Source: Escherichia coli
GTDB taxonomy: Bacteria > Pseudomonadota > Gammaproteobacteria > Enterobacterales > Enterobacteriaceae
Reading direction: 5' to 3' (one strand)
NCBI RefSeq assembly: GCF_044647545.1
Contig: NZ_CP172818.1
Length of the DNA: 64,000 nt
Position numbers and translations under genes: made by a program. This document shows, piece after piece, positions 47,481 to 58,711 of this stretch. How positions within the stretch are numbered: the first letter of the stretch is position 1; every line of letters begins with the position of its first letter. The notes below the pieces were generated by a model. That model ran no database searches, was not told the DNA's origin, and saw only the letters and a list, made by a program, of their open reading frames with translations.

Positions 47481-48305
47481 ATGAGTGAGATAGTAATACG
47501 CCACGCAGAAACACGCGATTACGAGGCCATCAGGCAGATTCACGCCCAGCCGGAGGTGTATTACAACACGCTACAGGTGCCTCATCCTTCAGAACAAATG
47601 TGGCTGGAACGACTCACCGCTCGCCCTGGCATCAAGCAGTTAGTCGCCTGTATTGATGGAATCGTCGTAGGCCATCTCACCATTGACGTGCAACAACGCC
47701 CACGCCGCAGTCATGTTGCCGACTTTGGTATCTGTGTCGACTCCCGTTGGAAGAACCGCGGCGTCGCCAGCGCCCTGATGCGAGAGATGATTGAAATGTG
47801 CGACAACTGGTTGCGGGTAGATCGTATTGAGCTAACGGTGTTCGTCGATAACGCGCCAGCAATTAAGGTCTATAAAAAATTTGGCTTTGAGATTGAAGGG
47901 ACTGGCAAGAAGTACGCGCTGCGTAAGGTGAATCGGGAGATCATGGGGTGCGCAACTTACGATGTGTGGGTAGGTGCTGCGGCTCCTCCGGCCCCGCCCG
48001 CTACGGCGGGCTACGGCGCGCGGCCGCCGCCGCAAACGGCGCCGCACGAATCGGGCCGCGGGGCCGCCTGCCCGCTCCGCGCCCCGGCGGTCCCGCGCAC
48101 GGGCAGGGCACCGCGCGGGGCCAGCGCGGGCGCGCAGCGGTTACGCGACCCCGGGGGGTGCGCGTTCGGTGACGCACGGGCGACGCGGGGGCAGGCCGCG
48201 CACCCGACGGGGGGGACGGGGCGGCCGCGGCCCGCCGGGGCCCAGCGCGACGGGGGGCCCGACGGGCCGGCGGGGCGAGCCCTCACCTACCGGGAGAGGG
48301 CTTAA
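47481..48305 (+). CDS. yhhY: GNAT N-acetyltransferase YhhY with a disrupted 3' end (148 native residues fused to an anomalous Ala/Gly/Arg/Pro-rich tail)
   Basis: MSEIVIRHAETRDYEAIRQIHAQPEVYYNTLQVPHPSEQMW...GTGKKYALR is recognisable as YhhY (about 162 aa in K-12); from 47925 the frame runs into ~80% GC low-complexity sequence and stays open to 48305; the native C-terminus is absent. Confidence 0.6.
   Translation: MSEIVIRHAETRDYEAIRQIHAQPEVYYNTLQVPHPSEQMWLERLTARPGIKQLVACIDGIVVGHLTIDVQQRPRRSHVADFGICVDSRWKNRGVASALMREMIEMCDNWLRVDRIELTVFVDNAPAIKVYKKFGFEIEGTGKKYALRKVNREIMGCATYDVWVGAAAPPAPPATAGYGARPPPQTAPHESGRGAACPLRAPAVPRTGRAPRGASAGAQRLRDPGGCAFGDARATRGQAAHPTGGTGRPRPAGAQRDGGPDGPAGRALTYRERA
47925..48305. 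other. anomalous ~80% GC low-complexity block replacing the yhhY 3' end and the yhhY-ggt spacer
   Basis: About 380 bp dominated by gcg/ggc/ccg repeats; open in several frames on both strands as expected for stop-poor GC-rich sequence; flanking E. coli DNA is about 50% GC. Confidence 0.75.
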
Positions 48306-48309
48306 GATA

Positions 48310-50052
48310 TTAATACCCCGCCGTTAAATCATCCACCGAGCGCGAGTCGGATGCACCGTACAACTCACCATCCGACCCAACCATAATGCTTTGCGTACTG
48401 CCCATCGCCTCTTTCAGCGCCACTTTCTGACCTTTTGCTTCCAGCAGCTTGAGCGTATCCGGGCTAAACCCTTTTTCGACACGCAGCTCGTCCGGCAACC
48501 ACTGATGGTGGAAACGTGGCGCATTGGTCGCTTCGGCGACATTCATACCACAATCGATGCTATTCACCACCATTTGCAGCACGGTAGTGATGATCCAGCT
48601 CCCGCCAGGGCTACCGGTAACCAGCCAGGTTTTACCGTCTTTCACCACAATGGTGGGTGACATCGACGACAGCGGGCGTTTATTCGGCCCGACCGCGTTG
48701 GCGTCACCACCCACCAGCCCGTAAACGTTCGGTACGCCCGGTTTGGCGGAGAAATCATCCATCTGGTTATTGAGCAAAATACCGCTCTCGCCCGCGACAA
48801 TGCCCGTCCCGAAGGTGGTGTTCAGCGTATAGGTCACCGCCACCGCGTTACCGTCTTTATCCACCACTGAGTAATGGGTAGTTTGATTACTCTCATAAGG
48901 CGCAAGCTTGCCGGGGCGAATTTCGCTGGATGGCTTCGCTTTATTGATATCGATTTGATCGGCAATAGATTTGGCATAGGCTTTATTGGTCAGCGCCTGC
49001 CACGGTACTTTGACAAAATCCGGATCGCCAAGATATTCCGAGCGGTCGGCGTAGGCGTATTTCTCAGCTTCTGCCATGATTTGCATCGCGTCGGCACTGC
49101 CAAAGCCGTACTTCTTCATATCGAAGTTTTCCAGGATATTGAGGATCTGCACGATATGAATCCCACCGGAAGATGGCGGTGGCATCGAGTAAACCTGATA
49201 CCCGCGATATTCGCCGCTAATCGGTGTACGTTCGACCGCTTTATACGCCGCTAAATCTTCTTTAGTGATCAAGCCACCGTTTTTCTGCATCTCCTGGGCA
49301 ATCTGTTCCGCTATCGTGCCTTTGTAGAATTCGTCCGGGCCGTTTTCGGCAATCATCTCCAGGCTCTTTGCCAGGTTCGCCTGCACCAGCTTGTCACCCT
49401 TTTTCAGCGGCGCGCCCTCTTTCCAGAAGATAGCCTTGCTGTTTTCGTGATTCGGCAATACTTCGCTACCGTAGGTTTTGAGATCGTCAGCCAACGCGTC
49501 GTTAACGATAAAACCATCGCGTGCCAGTTTAAACGCCGGTTGCACCACTTTGTTCAACGGCATGGTGCCGTACTTCTCCAACGCCAGCGAGAAACCTGCT
49601 ACCGTACCGGGCGTACCAGAAGCCAGATGCGAAGTGAGTGATTTTTTGCTGTCCGGGTTACCCTGATCATCAAGGAACATATCGCGGGTCGCTTTGGCGG
49701 GTGCCATTTCGCGGAAATCGATAGCCGTGGTATTGCCATTTTTCGAGCGGATTAACATAAAACCACCGCCGCCCAGATTCCCCGCCTGCGGATGCGTTAC
49801 CGCCAGCGCGTAGCCCACTGCCACGGCAGCATCAACGGCATTCCCGCCCTCCTTGAGGATATCCACCCCCACCTGAGTGGCAGTAGCATCTACAGACGCC
49901 ACCATCCCCTGTTTCGCGCGTACCGGATGAAAGACATCTTCCTCCACGCCGTAAGAAACAGGAGACGGCGCAGGTGGCGCGGCTACCGTACTAAAACAAC
50001 TTCCTGTGAACAGAGCAGCAATGGCCACCCGGCGTAAAAACGTCGGTTTTAT
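48310..50052 (-). CDS. ggt: gamma-glutamyltranspeptidase (periplasmic)
   Basis: MIKPTFLRRVAIAALFTGSCFSTVAAPPAPSPVSYGVEEDVFHP... (signal peptide); start trimmed to MIKPTF (580 aa). Confidence 0.95.
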   Translation of the reverse strand: MKPTFLRRVAIAALFTGSCFSTVAAPPAPSPVSYGVEEDVFHPVRAKQGMVASVDATATQVGVDILKEGGNAVDAAVAVGYALAVTHPQAGNLGGGGFMLIRSKNGNTTAIDFREMAPAKATRDMFLDDQGNPDSKKSLTSHLASGTPGTVAGFSLALEKYGTMPLNKVVQPAFKLARDGFIVNDALADDLKTYGSEVLPNHENSKAIFWKEGAPLKKGDKLVQANLAKSLEMIAENGPDEFYKGTIAEQIAQEMQKNGGLITKEDLAAYKAVERTPISGEYRGYQVYSMPPPSSGGIHIVQILNILENFDMKKYGFGSADAMQIMAEAEKYAYADRSEYLGDPDFVKVPWQALTNKAYAKSIADQIDINKAKPSSEIRPGKLAPYESNQTTHYSVVDKDGNAVAVTYTLNTTFGTGIVAGESGILLNNQMDDFSAKPGVPNVYGLVGGDANAVGPNKRPLSSMSPTIVVKDGKTWLVTGSPGGSWIITTVLQMVVNSIDCGMNVAEATNAPRFHHQWLPDELRVEKGFSPDTLKLLEAKGQKVALKEAMGSTQSIMVGSDGELYGASDSRSVDDLTAGY

Positions 50053-50174
50053 CATCGTTATTCTCCAGAGATTAAGGGGCAACCCCAGCTAAGCCTGGTA
50101 TATAACTCTGAATTAATCCTGATGATTGCAGGAAAGGAGTAAACTTAAAGAATATCTTCAGAGGAGGATACGCG

Positions 50175-50615
50175 ATGAAACGACTTCTGATTCTTACGGC
50201 ACTCCTGCCGTTTGTCGGCTTTGCACAGCCCATTAATACTCTGAATAACCCTAACCAGCCGGGGTATCAGATCCCCAGTCAGCAGCGGATGCAAACCCAA
50301 ATGCAAACGCAGCAAATCCAGCAAAAAGGGATGCTGAATCAGCAACTGAAAACGCAAACTCAGTTGCAACAACAGCATTTAGAAAACCAGATAAACAATA
50401 ATTCTCAGCGGGTGTTGCAGTCACAGCCGGGGGAGCGAAATCCCGCCCGGCAGCAAATGCTGCCCAACACCAATGGCGGGATGTTAAACGGCAACCGTAA
50501 TCCGGATAGTTCGTTGAATCAGCAGCATATGTTGCCGGAGAGGAGAAACGGCGACATGCTGAATCAACCCGGCACGCCGCAGCCTGATATACCGTTGAAA
50601 ACTATTGGGCCGTAA
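50175..50615 (+). CDS. yhhA: secreted Gln-rich protein YhhA (DUF2756)
   Basis: 146-aa [53 protein letters not shown]... (signal peptide, Q-rich). Confidence 0.85.
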   Translation: MKRLLILTALLPFVGFAQPINTLNNPNQPGYQIPSQQRMQTQMQTQQIQQKGMLNQQLKTQTQLQQQHLENQINNNSQRVLQSQPGERNPARQQMLPNTNGGMLNGNRNPDSSLNQQHMLPERRNGDMLNQPGTPQPDIPLKTIGP

Positions 50616-51345
50616 AGTTCGGACCAATCACATCAATCGCATCGGTACAGATGCAATCCACGCCCCAGCGCAGCAACTCTGCCGCGCGCTGGGGTTTATT
50701 GACGGTATAAACCAGAATTCGCAGTCCTGCATCTTTCAACTGCATCACTCGCGCTTTATCGAGCAACTTATGATTGAGATGAATAGAGACGCAGCCCAGT
50801 CGCGCGGTCAATTCTCGCCAGTCGTCGCGCCACTCATCAAGCAATAAACCGCGCGGCAGTTCTGGTACTGCTTGTTGCGCGGCGTCTAAAGCATCAATCT
50901 CAAACGATGACAGCAGCGGCGGCGTCATTCCGGCCCACAGTTCGCGTGCCGCCAGCGCCACCATTTTGCCCGTTAATGGCCCGGTGCCAGTGGTGGGTTT
51001 GATTTCGATATTCGCCATCATCCCGTGTTTGCGACAACGTTCCGCCACCTGCGAAAGCAACGGCAGTGGCTCACCTTTAAACGCTTTGCTGTACCAACTG
51101 CCTGCATCCACGCGCAGTAAATCCTGCCAGTTCAGATCGCCCGCGACGCCCCAGCCGTTGCTGGTGCGTTCAAGATTGTCGTCATGGAGCAGGAAGATTT
51201 CGCCATCTTTCGATAACTTCGCGTCAAATTCGATCATCTTATGACCGTATTTTGCCCCGACGTCGATTGCTGCCAGGGTGTTCTCCGGGGCCAGTTTACC
51301 GCCGCCACGATGGGCGACGATGCGGGGATAAGGCCAGTTACTCAT
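50602..51345 (-). CDS. ugpQ: glycerophosphodiester phosphodiesterase (cytoplasmic)
   Basis: 247-aa [51 protein letters not shown]...; last gene of the ugp operon. Confidence 0.93.
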   Translation of the reverse strand: MSNWPYPRIVAHRGGGKLAPENTLAAIDVGAKYGHKMIEFDAKLSKDGEIFLLHDDNLERTSNGWGVAGDLNWQDLLRVDAGSWYSKAFKGEPLPLLSQVAERCRKHGMMANIEIKPTTGTGPLTGKMVALAARELWAGMTPPLLSSFEIDALDAAQQAVPELPRGLLLDEWRDDWRELTARLGCVSIHLNHKLLDKARVMQLKDAGLRILVYTVNKPQRAAELLRWGVDCICTDAIDVIGPNFTAQ

Positions 51346-52412
51346 ACTCGTTGTCCTGTTTCACCATCAAAAAGATGTAGCTGATTTTCCGGCAGATGCA
51401 GCCACAGCGTGCTGCCTGCCGTCGGGCGCTCCTGATGTGCCAGTCGCACCACCAGCTTCTGTTCGCCCCAGCGTCCGTGCGCCAGGTTATCTGCGCCGAG
51501 GATCTCCAGCGTGTCCATCACCAGCGGCACACCACCTTCTGCCTGCGAGCTTAGCGCTATATGTTCCGGGCGAATGCCGAGGGTCATTTTACGCCCGGCA
51601 TACTGACGGTAGCCACCGTTTAGCGGCAGCGTAATACAACCATCCAGTTCGAAATGCGTACCTTCGTTATTCACGCGACCTGCCAGCAGGTTCATCGCCG
51701 GGCTGCCGATAAAACTCGCTACAAACAGGCTGGCGGGCTTTTCGTAGACTTCCACTGGCGTGCCAATCTGTTCGGCAACGCCGCCGTTCATCACCATTAC
51801 TCGCTGGGCGAGCGTCATCGCCTCAACCTGATCGTGAGTAACGTAGAGTGAAGTCGTTTTCAGGCGACGGTGCAGTTGTTGCAGTTCAAGACGCATCTGC
51901 ACACGCAGCTTGGCATCGAGGTTAGAGAGCGGCTCATCAAACAGGAACACTGCCGGCTCACGCACAATCGCACGCCCCATCGCCACACGCTGACGCTGAC
52001 CGCCAGATAGCTCACGCGGGCGGCGCTTAAGCAGGCCGTCCAGCTCCAGAATGCGCGCCGCTTCTTTAACACGTTCGGCAATTTGTTGCTTGCCCATGCC
52101 GCGAATTTTCAGCCCCCACGCCATGTTCTCCTCTACGCTCATATGCGGATAGAGCGCGTAGTTCTGAAACACCATCGCAATCCCGCGATCTTTCGGCTCC
52201 ATTTCGGTGACACGCTTGCGGTCGATCCAGATATCGCCCGTCGTTACCCGCTCCAGTCCGGCCACCATTCGCAATAACGTCGATTTCCCGCAGCCAGACG
52301 GCCCGACCATCACGATAAATTCGCCATCCGCCACATCAAGGGTCAGCGGTTTAATGACCTGGGTTTTGCCATCCCAGCTTTTGGTTACTGCCTGTAATTT
52401 CAGTCCTGCCAT
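51342..52412 (-). CDS. ugpC: sn-glycerol-3-phosphate ABC transporter, ATP-binding subunit
   Basis: [49 protein letters not shown]... (Walker A, LSGGQRQR signature); start trimmed to MAGLK. Confidence 0.95.
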   Translation of the reverse strand: MAGLKLQAVTKSWDGKTQVIKPLTLDVADGEFIVMVGPSGCGKSTLLRMVAGLERVTTGDIWIDRKRVTEMEPKDRGIAMVFQNYALYPHMSVEENMAWGLKIRGMGKQQIAERVKEAARILELDGLLKRRPRELSGGQRQRVAMGRAIVREPAVFLFDEPLSNLDAKLRVQMRLELQQLHRRLKTTSLYVTHDQVEAMTLAQRVMVMNGGVAEQIGTPVEVYEKPASLFVASFIGSPAMNLLAGRVNNEGTHFELDGCITLPLNGGYRQYAGRKMTLGIRPEHIALSSQAEGGVPLVMDTLEILGADNLAHGRWGEQKLVVRLAHQERPTAGSTLWLHLPENQLHLFDGETGQRV

Positions 52413-52413
52413 C

Positions 52414-53259
52414 TTATTTCTCACTATCGACCAGGCCGCGCACGAAGGCACGCTGCATCACTAAAACAATCACTACTGGTGGGATCAGCGTTAACAACAT
52501 CGCCGCCATCACCGAGTTCCATTCCGTGGTGCCTTCGCCAGTGGCGATCATCCCTTTAATCCCTGCCACGGTGGTGCCGAGATCAACGTCGGTAATAATC
52601 AACAACGGCCACAAATACTGGTTCCAGCCGTAAATAAAGGTGATCACAAACAGCGCCGCCAGATTAGTTTTGGACAGCGGAAAAACGATGTCGCAAAAGA
52701 AACGCATTGGTGACGCGCCGTCGATCCGCGCGGCTTCCACCAGCTCATCCGGCAGCGTCATAAAGAACTGGCGGAACAGGAAGGTGGCGGTCGCCGAGGC
52801 CATCAGCGGCAGCGTTAAGCCGGCGTAGCTGTCGAGCATCTTCAGATTGGCGATGACTTCCACCGTCGGGAAGATACGCACTTCAACCGGCAGCATCAGG
52901 GTGATAAAAATCATCCAGAAGAAGAGGTTACGTAGCGGAAAACGAAACCAGACAATGGCAAATGCCGAGAGCATCGAGACGGTAATTTTGCCGAGCGTAA
53001 TGCTGAACGCCATCACAAAGCTGTTAAGCAACATCCGCCAGAACGGCGCGCTATTCGTGCCTACCCCGTTCACCCAGATGTTGTGGATGTTTTCCAGCAG
53101 ATGTGTGCCGGGGATTAGCGTCATCGGTGCGGCATAGACTTCTTGTTTATCCAGCGTCGCCGCGACAAACGCCACGTACAGCGGGAAGAGGATCACCGCG
53201 ATCCCGAGGATCAGCATGGTATGGCTGAATATTGTCAGCCACGGACGGTTCTCAATCAT
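52414..53259 (-). CDS. ugpE: sn-glycerol-3-phosphate ABC transporter permease
   Basis: 281-aa [44 protein letters not shown].... Confidence 0.93.
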
Positions 53260-54143
53260 TGGTAACGTACCTTGCTTTCAACATAGCGGAACTGCACCAC
53301 CGTCAGCACGATGACGAGGAACATCAACACCACCGACTGCGCGGCAGACGAAGCCAAATCCAGTCCGGTAAAGCCTTCACGGTAGATCTTATAAATCAGC
53401 GTCGTGGTGGCCTGTACTGGCCCGCCGGACGTGGCGGCGTCGATCACCGGGAAGGTGTCGAAGAAGGCGTACACCAGGTTCACCACCAGCAGGAAGAAAC
53501 TCACCGGAGCGATAAGCGGCAGCGCAATCTTAAAGAAGCGGCGAATCGGGCCTGCACCGTCGATGGCTGCGGCTTCGATCAACGAACGGGGAATGGATTG
53601 CAGCGCGGCATAGAAGAACAGAAAGTTGTAGCTAATTTGCTTCCACACCGAGGCAAACACCACCAGGAACATCGCCTGACCGCTGTTTTGTGCGTGGTTC
53701 CAGTCGTAGCCGAACTCAGCGAGAAAATGGGTGATCAGCCCGCGACCGGGGTTAAACAGAAAGATCCACAATACGGCGGCAACGGCGGGAGCCACGGCAT
53801 ACGGCAGCAGCATTAAGGTTTGATAGAAACGGCTGCCGCGCACGATGTACTCCACCAACGCCGCGAAGAACAGTGACACCAGCAAACCGCTGACGGTGAC
53901 AAAGGTGCTGAATTTTATCGTCGTCCAGAAGGAGTCGAGATAGTAGCTGTCATGAAACAGCGTGACGAAGTTATCCAGGCCGACAAACTGGCTGGAGAAA
54001 CCAAACGGATCGACGCTTTGTAGCGAGTACCACAACGCTTCGCCCGCAGGCCAGATAAAAAAGATAACGGTGATGATGAGCTGCGGCGCGACCAGCAAAT
54101 AAGGCAGCCAGCGCGAGCGGAACACCGGACGGGATGATGACAT
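53256..54143 (-). CDS. ugpA: sn-glycerol-3-phosphate ABC transporter permease
   Basis: 295-aa [46 protein letters not shown]...; 4-bp overlap with ugpE. Confidence 0.93.
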
Positions 54144-54164
54144 TACAGTTAATTCCTGAACTGT

Positions 54165-54230
54165 GCCGGATGCGCTTCGCTTATCCGGCCTACACGCGAT
54201 GCCAGGTCAGATAAGCGAAACGCATCCGAC
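54165..54230. repeat. REP element(s) between ugpB and ugpA
   Basis: gccggatgcgcttcgcttatccggcctac plus a second palindromic unit gccaggtcagataagcgaaacgcatccgac in the intra-operon spacer. Confidence 0.7.
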
Positions 54231-54240
54231 ATTACACTGA

Positions 54241-55557
54241 TTAAGACTTCGTCGATTTCTCAAAGCGGCGCAGTAACTGATTCCCACGCTCAACGGCGGT
54301 ATCCAGCGCCTGCTGTGGCGTCTTCTTACCGGTCCACACGCTCTCCAGCTCTTCATCCACAATCACGCGGATCTGCGGCATGTTGCCCAGACGCAGCCCT
54401 TTGGTGAACGGCAACGGCGGCTTGTTCAGCATCTGACGCGTCGCGGTATCCGCCCCTGGGTTTTTCTCATAAAAGCCCTGCTCACGGGTCAGGTCATACG
54501 CCGCTTTGGTAATTGGCAGATAACCGGTTTTCTGATGCCACTCGGCAGCGTTTTCTGGCTTCGCGAGGAAGTCGAGAAACTTCGCCACGCCGGTATACGT
54601 TTCTTTATCTTTGCCCTGCATCACCCACAGGCTGGCTCCGCCGATAATGGCGTTTTGCGGCGCGTCTTTCGCATCGGCATCGTAAGGCATCATGCCTACG
54701 CCATAGTTAAATTTGGCGTACTCGCGAATGTTGGCAAGAGAACCGGAAGAGGCGGTCGTCATCGCGCAATCACCGTTATAGAACTTCTCGGTGGATTCAT
54801 CCTTACGCCCAACGTAGCTGAAATCGCCCTTCTTGTTCATCTCTTCGAGCATGGCGATGTGTTTCACCTGCTCCGGCTTGTTGAACTCAAGCACCGCGTC
54901 TGTGCCGTCAAAGCCGTTGTTTTTGCTGGCAAACGGCAAACCGTTCCAGGCGCTAAAGTTTTCCAGTTGGATCCATCCCTGCCAGCCGCTGGCGTAGCCG
55001 CACTTCATACCGGAGGCTTTCAGTTTTGCGGCATAGTCCGCCAGATCCTGCCAGGTTTTTGGCGGCTGTTCCGGGTCTAATCCTGCTTTCTTGAAGGCGT
55101 CTTTGTTGTAATAGAGAACGGGAGTCGAGCTGTTGAACGGCTGGGAGAGTAAGTGGCCGGTTTTGCTGTCGGAGTAATAGCCTGAAACCGTCGGCACAAA
55201 CTGCGACTCATCGAATTGAATCCCCGCCTCTTTAAACACGTCATACACCGGTTTAATGGCTTTCGACGCCATCATGGTGGCGGTGCCAACTTCATAAACC
55301 TGCAAAATAGCCGGAGCGTTGCCGGTACGAAATGCGGCAATCCCCGCGCTTAAATTCTGTTCGTAGTTGCCTTTATAGGTCGGTACAATTTTGTAATCCG
55401 GGTTTTCGGCGTTAAAACGTTGGGCCAGAGAATCCACCTCTTTGCCCAGTTCCCCTTCCATAGAATGCCAGAACGGAATGGTCGTCACTGCCTGCGCATT
55501 TGCCATTAAAGCCAGTCCGAGCGCCAGTGCTGAAGCTGTATAACGTAACGGTTTCAT
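54241..55557 (-). CDS. ugpB: sn-glycerol-3-phosphate ABC transporter periplasmic binding protein
   Basis: 438-aa [54 protein letters not shown]... (signal peptide). Confidence 0.95.
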   Translation of the reverse strand: MKPLRYTASALALGLALMANAQAVTTIPFWHSMEGELGKEVDSLAQRFNAENPDYKIVPTYKGNYEQNLSAGIAAFRTGNAPAILQVYEVGTATMMASKAIKPVYDVFKEAGIQFDESQFVPTVSGYYSDSKTGHLLSQPFNSSTPVLYYNKDAFKKAGLDPEQPPKTWQDLADYAAKLKASGMKCGYASGWQGWIQLENFSAWNGLPFASKNNGFDGTDAVLEFNKPEQVKHIAMLEEMNKKGDFSYVGRKDESTEKFYNGDCAMTTASSGSLANIREYAKFNYGVGMMPYDADAKDAPQNAIIGGASLWVMQGKDKETYTGVAKFLDFLAKPENAAEWHQKTGYLPITKAAYDLTREQGFYEKNPGADTATRQMLNKPPLPFTKGLRLGNMPQIRVIVDEELESVWTGKKTPQQALDTAVERGNQLLRRFEKSTKS

Positions 55558-55676
55558 TGATTATCTCTCTTGTTGTACCGAATGCGCGAATTCACGCGTT
55601 TTATGCTCGCGGGGTAACATGACATGCTCGAATTACAGAAAAATAACTATTTTGTTACATTTTTAAGATAGTAAGG

Positions 55677-55694
55677 TGTCAGAAAGATGACAAG
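55677..55694 (-). promoter_or_regulatory. candidate Pho box in the ugpB promoter
   Basis: Minus strand reads TTGTCATctttCTGACAC, two 7-bp repeats with a 4-bp spacer, resembling the PhoB consensus CTGTCAT-N4-CTGTCAT; about 120 bp upstream of ugpB. Confidence 0.45.
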
Positions 55695-55794
55695 GCGGTG
55701 ACGGCGCGGGCGAGGGAAAATGGGAGATGGGGCACGGATAAGCGGGAAAAATAGAAGGTCTGAATCAAACTCTACAGATTGCTCATCGTTTCAT

Positions 55795-55893
<99 letters not shown>

Positions 55894-55954
55894 AATTTTA
55901 CATTTGTAACCTGTCTCAAAGGAGTCTTTTGACTCCTTATCAATCAACGTGTTA

Positions 55955-56668
55955 TTACCCGCCTAAATACGCACTTCTCACCGCTTCGTTCGCCAGCAGC
56001 GCATCGCCGGTATCGGAGAGCACCACATGACCGTTTTCCAGAACGTAGCCGCGATCAGCGAGCTTCAGCGCCTGGTTGGCGTTCTGCTCGACGAGGAAGA
56101 TGGTCATCCCCTGCTCGCGCAGCTGCTCGATGGTGTCGAAAATTTGCTGGATGATAATCGGCGCAAGACCGAGCGATGGCTCATCAAGCAACAATAAACG
56201 CGGGTTGCTCATCAGCGCGCGCCCAATCGCCAGCATCTGCTGCTCACCGCCGGACATGGTGCCCGCCCGCTGAACACGGCGTTCATGGAGACGCGGAAAC
56301 AGTTCATACACCCACTTTATGCGTTCCTGGAACTGGTCGCGTTCGGCAAAAAAGCCGCCCATCGCCAGGTTCTCTTCCACCGTCATCCGCGAGAAAACAC
56401 GACGCCCTTCCGGAACAATCGCCACCGCTTCGCGCATGATTTTCGCTGTCTGCCAGTCGGTAATGTCTTTATCATCAAACACAATTCGCCCACTGGTGGC
56501 GCGTGGGTCGCCGCATAACGTGCCGAGCAAGGTGGTTTTCCCCGCCCCGTTCGCGCCAATCAGCGTGACAATTTCGCCCTGATTGATATGCAGGCTCACC
56601 TCATGCAGCGCCTGGATTTTGCCGTAGTGGGCGCTGACTTTGTCAAAGGACAACATGACTTTTTCCAT
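55955..56668 (-). CDS. livF: branched-chain amino acid ABC transporter ATP-binding protein LivF
   Basis: MEKVMLSFDKVSAHYGKIQALHEVSLHINQGEIVTLIGANGAGKTTLLGTL...; start trimmed to MEKVML. Confidence 0.93.
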   Translation of the reverse strand: MEKVMLSFDKVSAHYGKIQALHEVSLHINQGEIVTLIGANGAGKTTLLGTLCGDPRATSGRIVFDDKDITDWQTAKIMREAVAIVPEGRRVFSRMTVEENLAMGGFFAERDQFQERIKWVYELFPRLHERRVQRAGTMSGGEQQMLAIGRALMSNPRLLLLDEPSLGLAPIIIQQIFDTIEQLREQGMTIFLVEQNANQALKLADRGYVLENGHVVLSDTGDALLANEAVRSAYLGG

Positions 56669-56669
56669 C

Positions 56670-57437
56670 TTATGCCTCACCTAAATAGGCACGGATCACG
56701 TCCGGGTTATTACGGATCTGCTCCGGCGTACCGTTTGCCAGCGGCGTCCCCTGATTGACCACGTAAATTCTGTCTGAAATCCCCATCACCAGCTTCATAT
56801 CGTGTTCAATCAACAAGATAGTGGTGTTGTGATGGTTACGCAGTTCGGCAATCAGCTCATCCAGCTCTTTCGTCTCTTTCGGGTTAAGTCCTGCTGCCGG
56901 TTCGTCGAGCATTAAAATCTCCGGCTGCGTCACCATGCAGCGAGCGATCTCCAGACGGCGCTGGTCACCATAAGCCAGGTTGCTCGCCTGGCGGTTGGCG
57001 TGTTCCAGCAAACCAATGCGCTCAAGCCAGGTGGCGGCGCGGTCGAGCGCTTCACTCTGGGCGCGACGGAAAGAGGGTGTTTTCAACAGGCCGGAGAACA
57101 GCCCGGTTTTCAGTTGCTGATGCTGCGCCACCAGCAGGTTTTCAATCACCGTCATTTCACGGAACAGACGCACATGCTGGAAGGTGCGCACCACGCCCAT
57201 GCGGGCAATTTGCTGCCCCGGCAAACCTTCCAGATGCTGATCGCGCAGTAAAATAGTGCCGCCGGTGGGTTTATAGAATCCGGTCAGGCAGTTGAAGACC
57301 GTGGTTTTTCCGGCACCGTTAGGGCCGATTAACGAGACGATCTCCTGCGGGTACAGTTCAAGATTGACGTTGTTCACCGCCAGCAGGCCGCCGAAGCGCA
57401 TCATCAGGCCGTTAACAGATAATAATGGCTGACTCAT
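56670..57437 (-). CDS. livG: branched-chain amino acid ABC transporter ATP-binding protein LivG
   Basis: 255-aa [54 protein letters not shown].... Confidence 0.95.
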   Translation of the reverse strand: MSQPLLSVNGLMMRFGGLLAVNNVNLELYPQEIVSLIGPNGAGKTTVFNCLTGFYKPTGGTILLRDQHLEGLPGQQIARMGVVRTFQHVRLFREMTVIENLLVAQHQQLKTGLFSGLLKTPSFRRAQSEALDRAATWLERIGLLEHANRQASNLAYGDQRRLEIARCMVTQPEILMLDEPAAGLNPKETKELDELIAELRNHHNTTILLIEHDMKLVMGISDRIYVVNQGTPLANGTPEQIRNNPDVIRAYLGEA

Positions 57438-58711
57438 GCCTGCTCTCCTTTCGCTGCGCCGTTCTTCAGCTTGAGTTGCGGGCGCGTCATGGGCAGCAAA
57501 CCCTGCGGACGCCAGATCATCATCAGCACCATCAAACCACCGAGCATTAACATGCTGTATTCGTTGAAATCACGCATCAACTCGCGCGATACCACCAGCA
57601 GAACTGCCGCCAGAATCACTGCAAATTGCGAGCCCATACCGCCGAGCACCACTATCGCCAGCACAAACGCCGATTCGGCAAAGGTGAAGGATTCCGGACT
57701 GACAAAGCCCTGACGCGCCGCGAACAGCGTTCCGGCAAAACCGGCAAACGCGGCACTGATGGTAAAAGCAGTCAGCTTGATACGACGCGGGCTTAAGCCC
57801 AGCGAACGACAAGCGATTTCATCTTCACGCAACGCTTCCCACGCGCGGCCCAGCGGCATCCGCAGCAGGCGGTTAATGACAAACAGGCTTAACACCACCA
57901 GCAGCAACGCCACCAGGTAGAGGAAAATGACGCGATCGGAGGGATCGTATTTCAGGCCAAAGAAATTACTGAACGTGTCCCAGCCGCCTTCGCGGGCAGT
58001 ACGACTGAACTCGAGTCCGAAGAGTGTCGGTTTGGGGATCTGACTGATTCCGTTCGGACCGCCGGTGATTTCAGTGTTATTGAGCAGCAATATGCGCACA
58101 ATTTCGCCGAAACCGAGGGTAACGATCGCCAGATAGTCACCGCGCAGACGCAACACCGGGAAGCCGAGCAGGAAGCCCGCCGCCGCCGCCATCAACCCGG
58201 CAATCGGCAGACAGGTCCAGAAGCCCAGACCGTAATAGTGATTGAGCAGCGCAAAAGTGTAAGCGCCGATGGCGTAAAAGCCGCCGTATCCCAGCACCAG
58301 CAGACCAGAAAGCCCTACCACCACGTTCAGCCCGAGACCAAGAATAATGTAGATCATGGTCAGGGTGGCGATATCCACCGTCCCGCGTGACACCATAAAC
58401 GGCCACGCCACCGCAAGCACCAGCAGCGCCACGAGGAACAGTTTCTGCTTCACCGTGGAGCCATCAATCGCGGGCAGAATAAACTTCGGCCCGGAAACGC
58501 TTTTTAGCCCTTTCTGGAAAGCCGGTCGCAAAAGCTGGAAGAAAAAGACCACCGCCGTGCCGATAAACACCCACTGCCAACGGATCTCTGAAGCCGTGTC
58601 GACCACCAGTTTGGTGCCATCCAGCTCCAGTTGCACGCCCATAAAGACGCCCGCCAGCACAAAGAACATAGCGGCAGAGAGCAGCGCCATTGCAATATGC
58701 ATCGGTTTCAT
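57434..58711 (-). CDS. livM: branched-chain amino acid ABC transporter permease LivM
   Basis: 425-aa polytopic [45 protein letters not shown].... Confidence 0.93.
   Translation of the reverse strand: MKPMHIAMALLSAAMFFVLAGVFMGVQLELDGTKLVVDTASEIRWQWVFIGTAVVFFFQLLRPAFQKGLKSVSGPKFILPAIDGSTVKQKLFLVALLVLAVAWPFMVSRGTVDIATLTMIYIILGLGLNVVVGLSGLLVLGYGGFYAIGAYTFALLNHYYGLGFWTCLPIAGLMAAAAGFLLGFPVLRLRGDYLAIVTLGFGEIVRILLLNNTEITGGPNGISQIPKPTLFGLEFSRTAREGGWDTFSNFFGLKYDPSDRVIFLYLVALLLVVLSLFVINRLLRMPLGRAWEALREDEIACRSLGLSPRRIKLTAFTISAAFAGFAGTLFAARQGFVSPESFTFAESAFVLAIVVLGGMGSQFAVILAAVLLVVSRELMRDFNEYSMLMLGGLMVLMMIWRPQGLLPMTRPQLKLKNGAAKGEQA

Noticed and set aside
47948-48327. Track ORFs 47948-48172 (+), 47974-48327 (+) and 48011-48286 (-), Arg/Ala/Gly/Pro-rich, as candidate high-GC genes
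   Set aside because: Stop codons are AT-rich, so ~80% GC DNA stays open in most frames by chance. Three overlapping frames on both strands with no start or RBS context indicate non-coding sequence.
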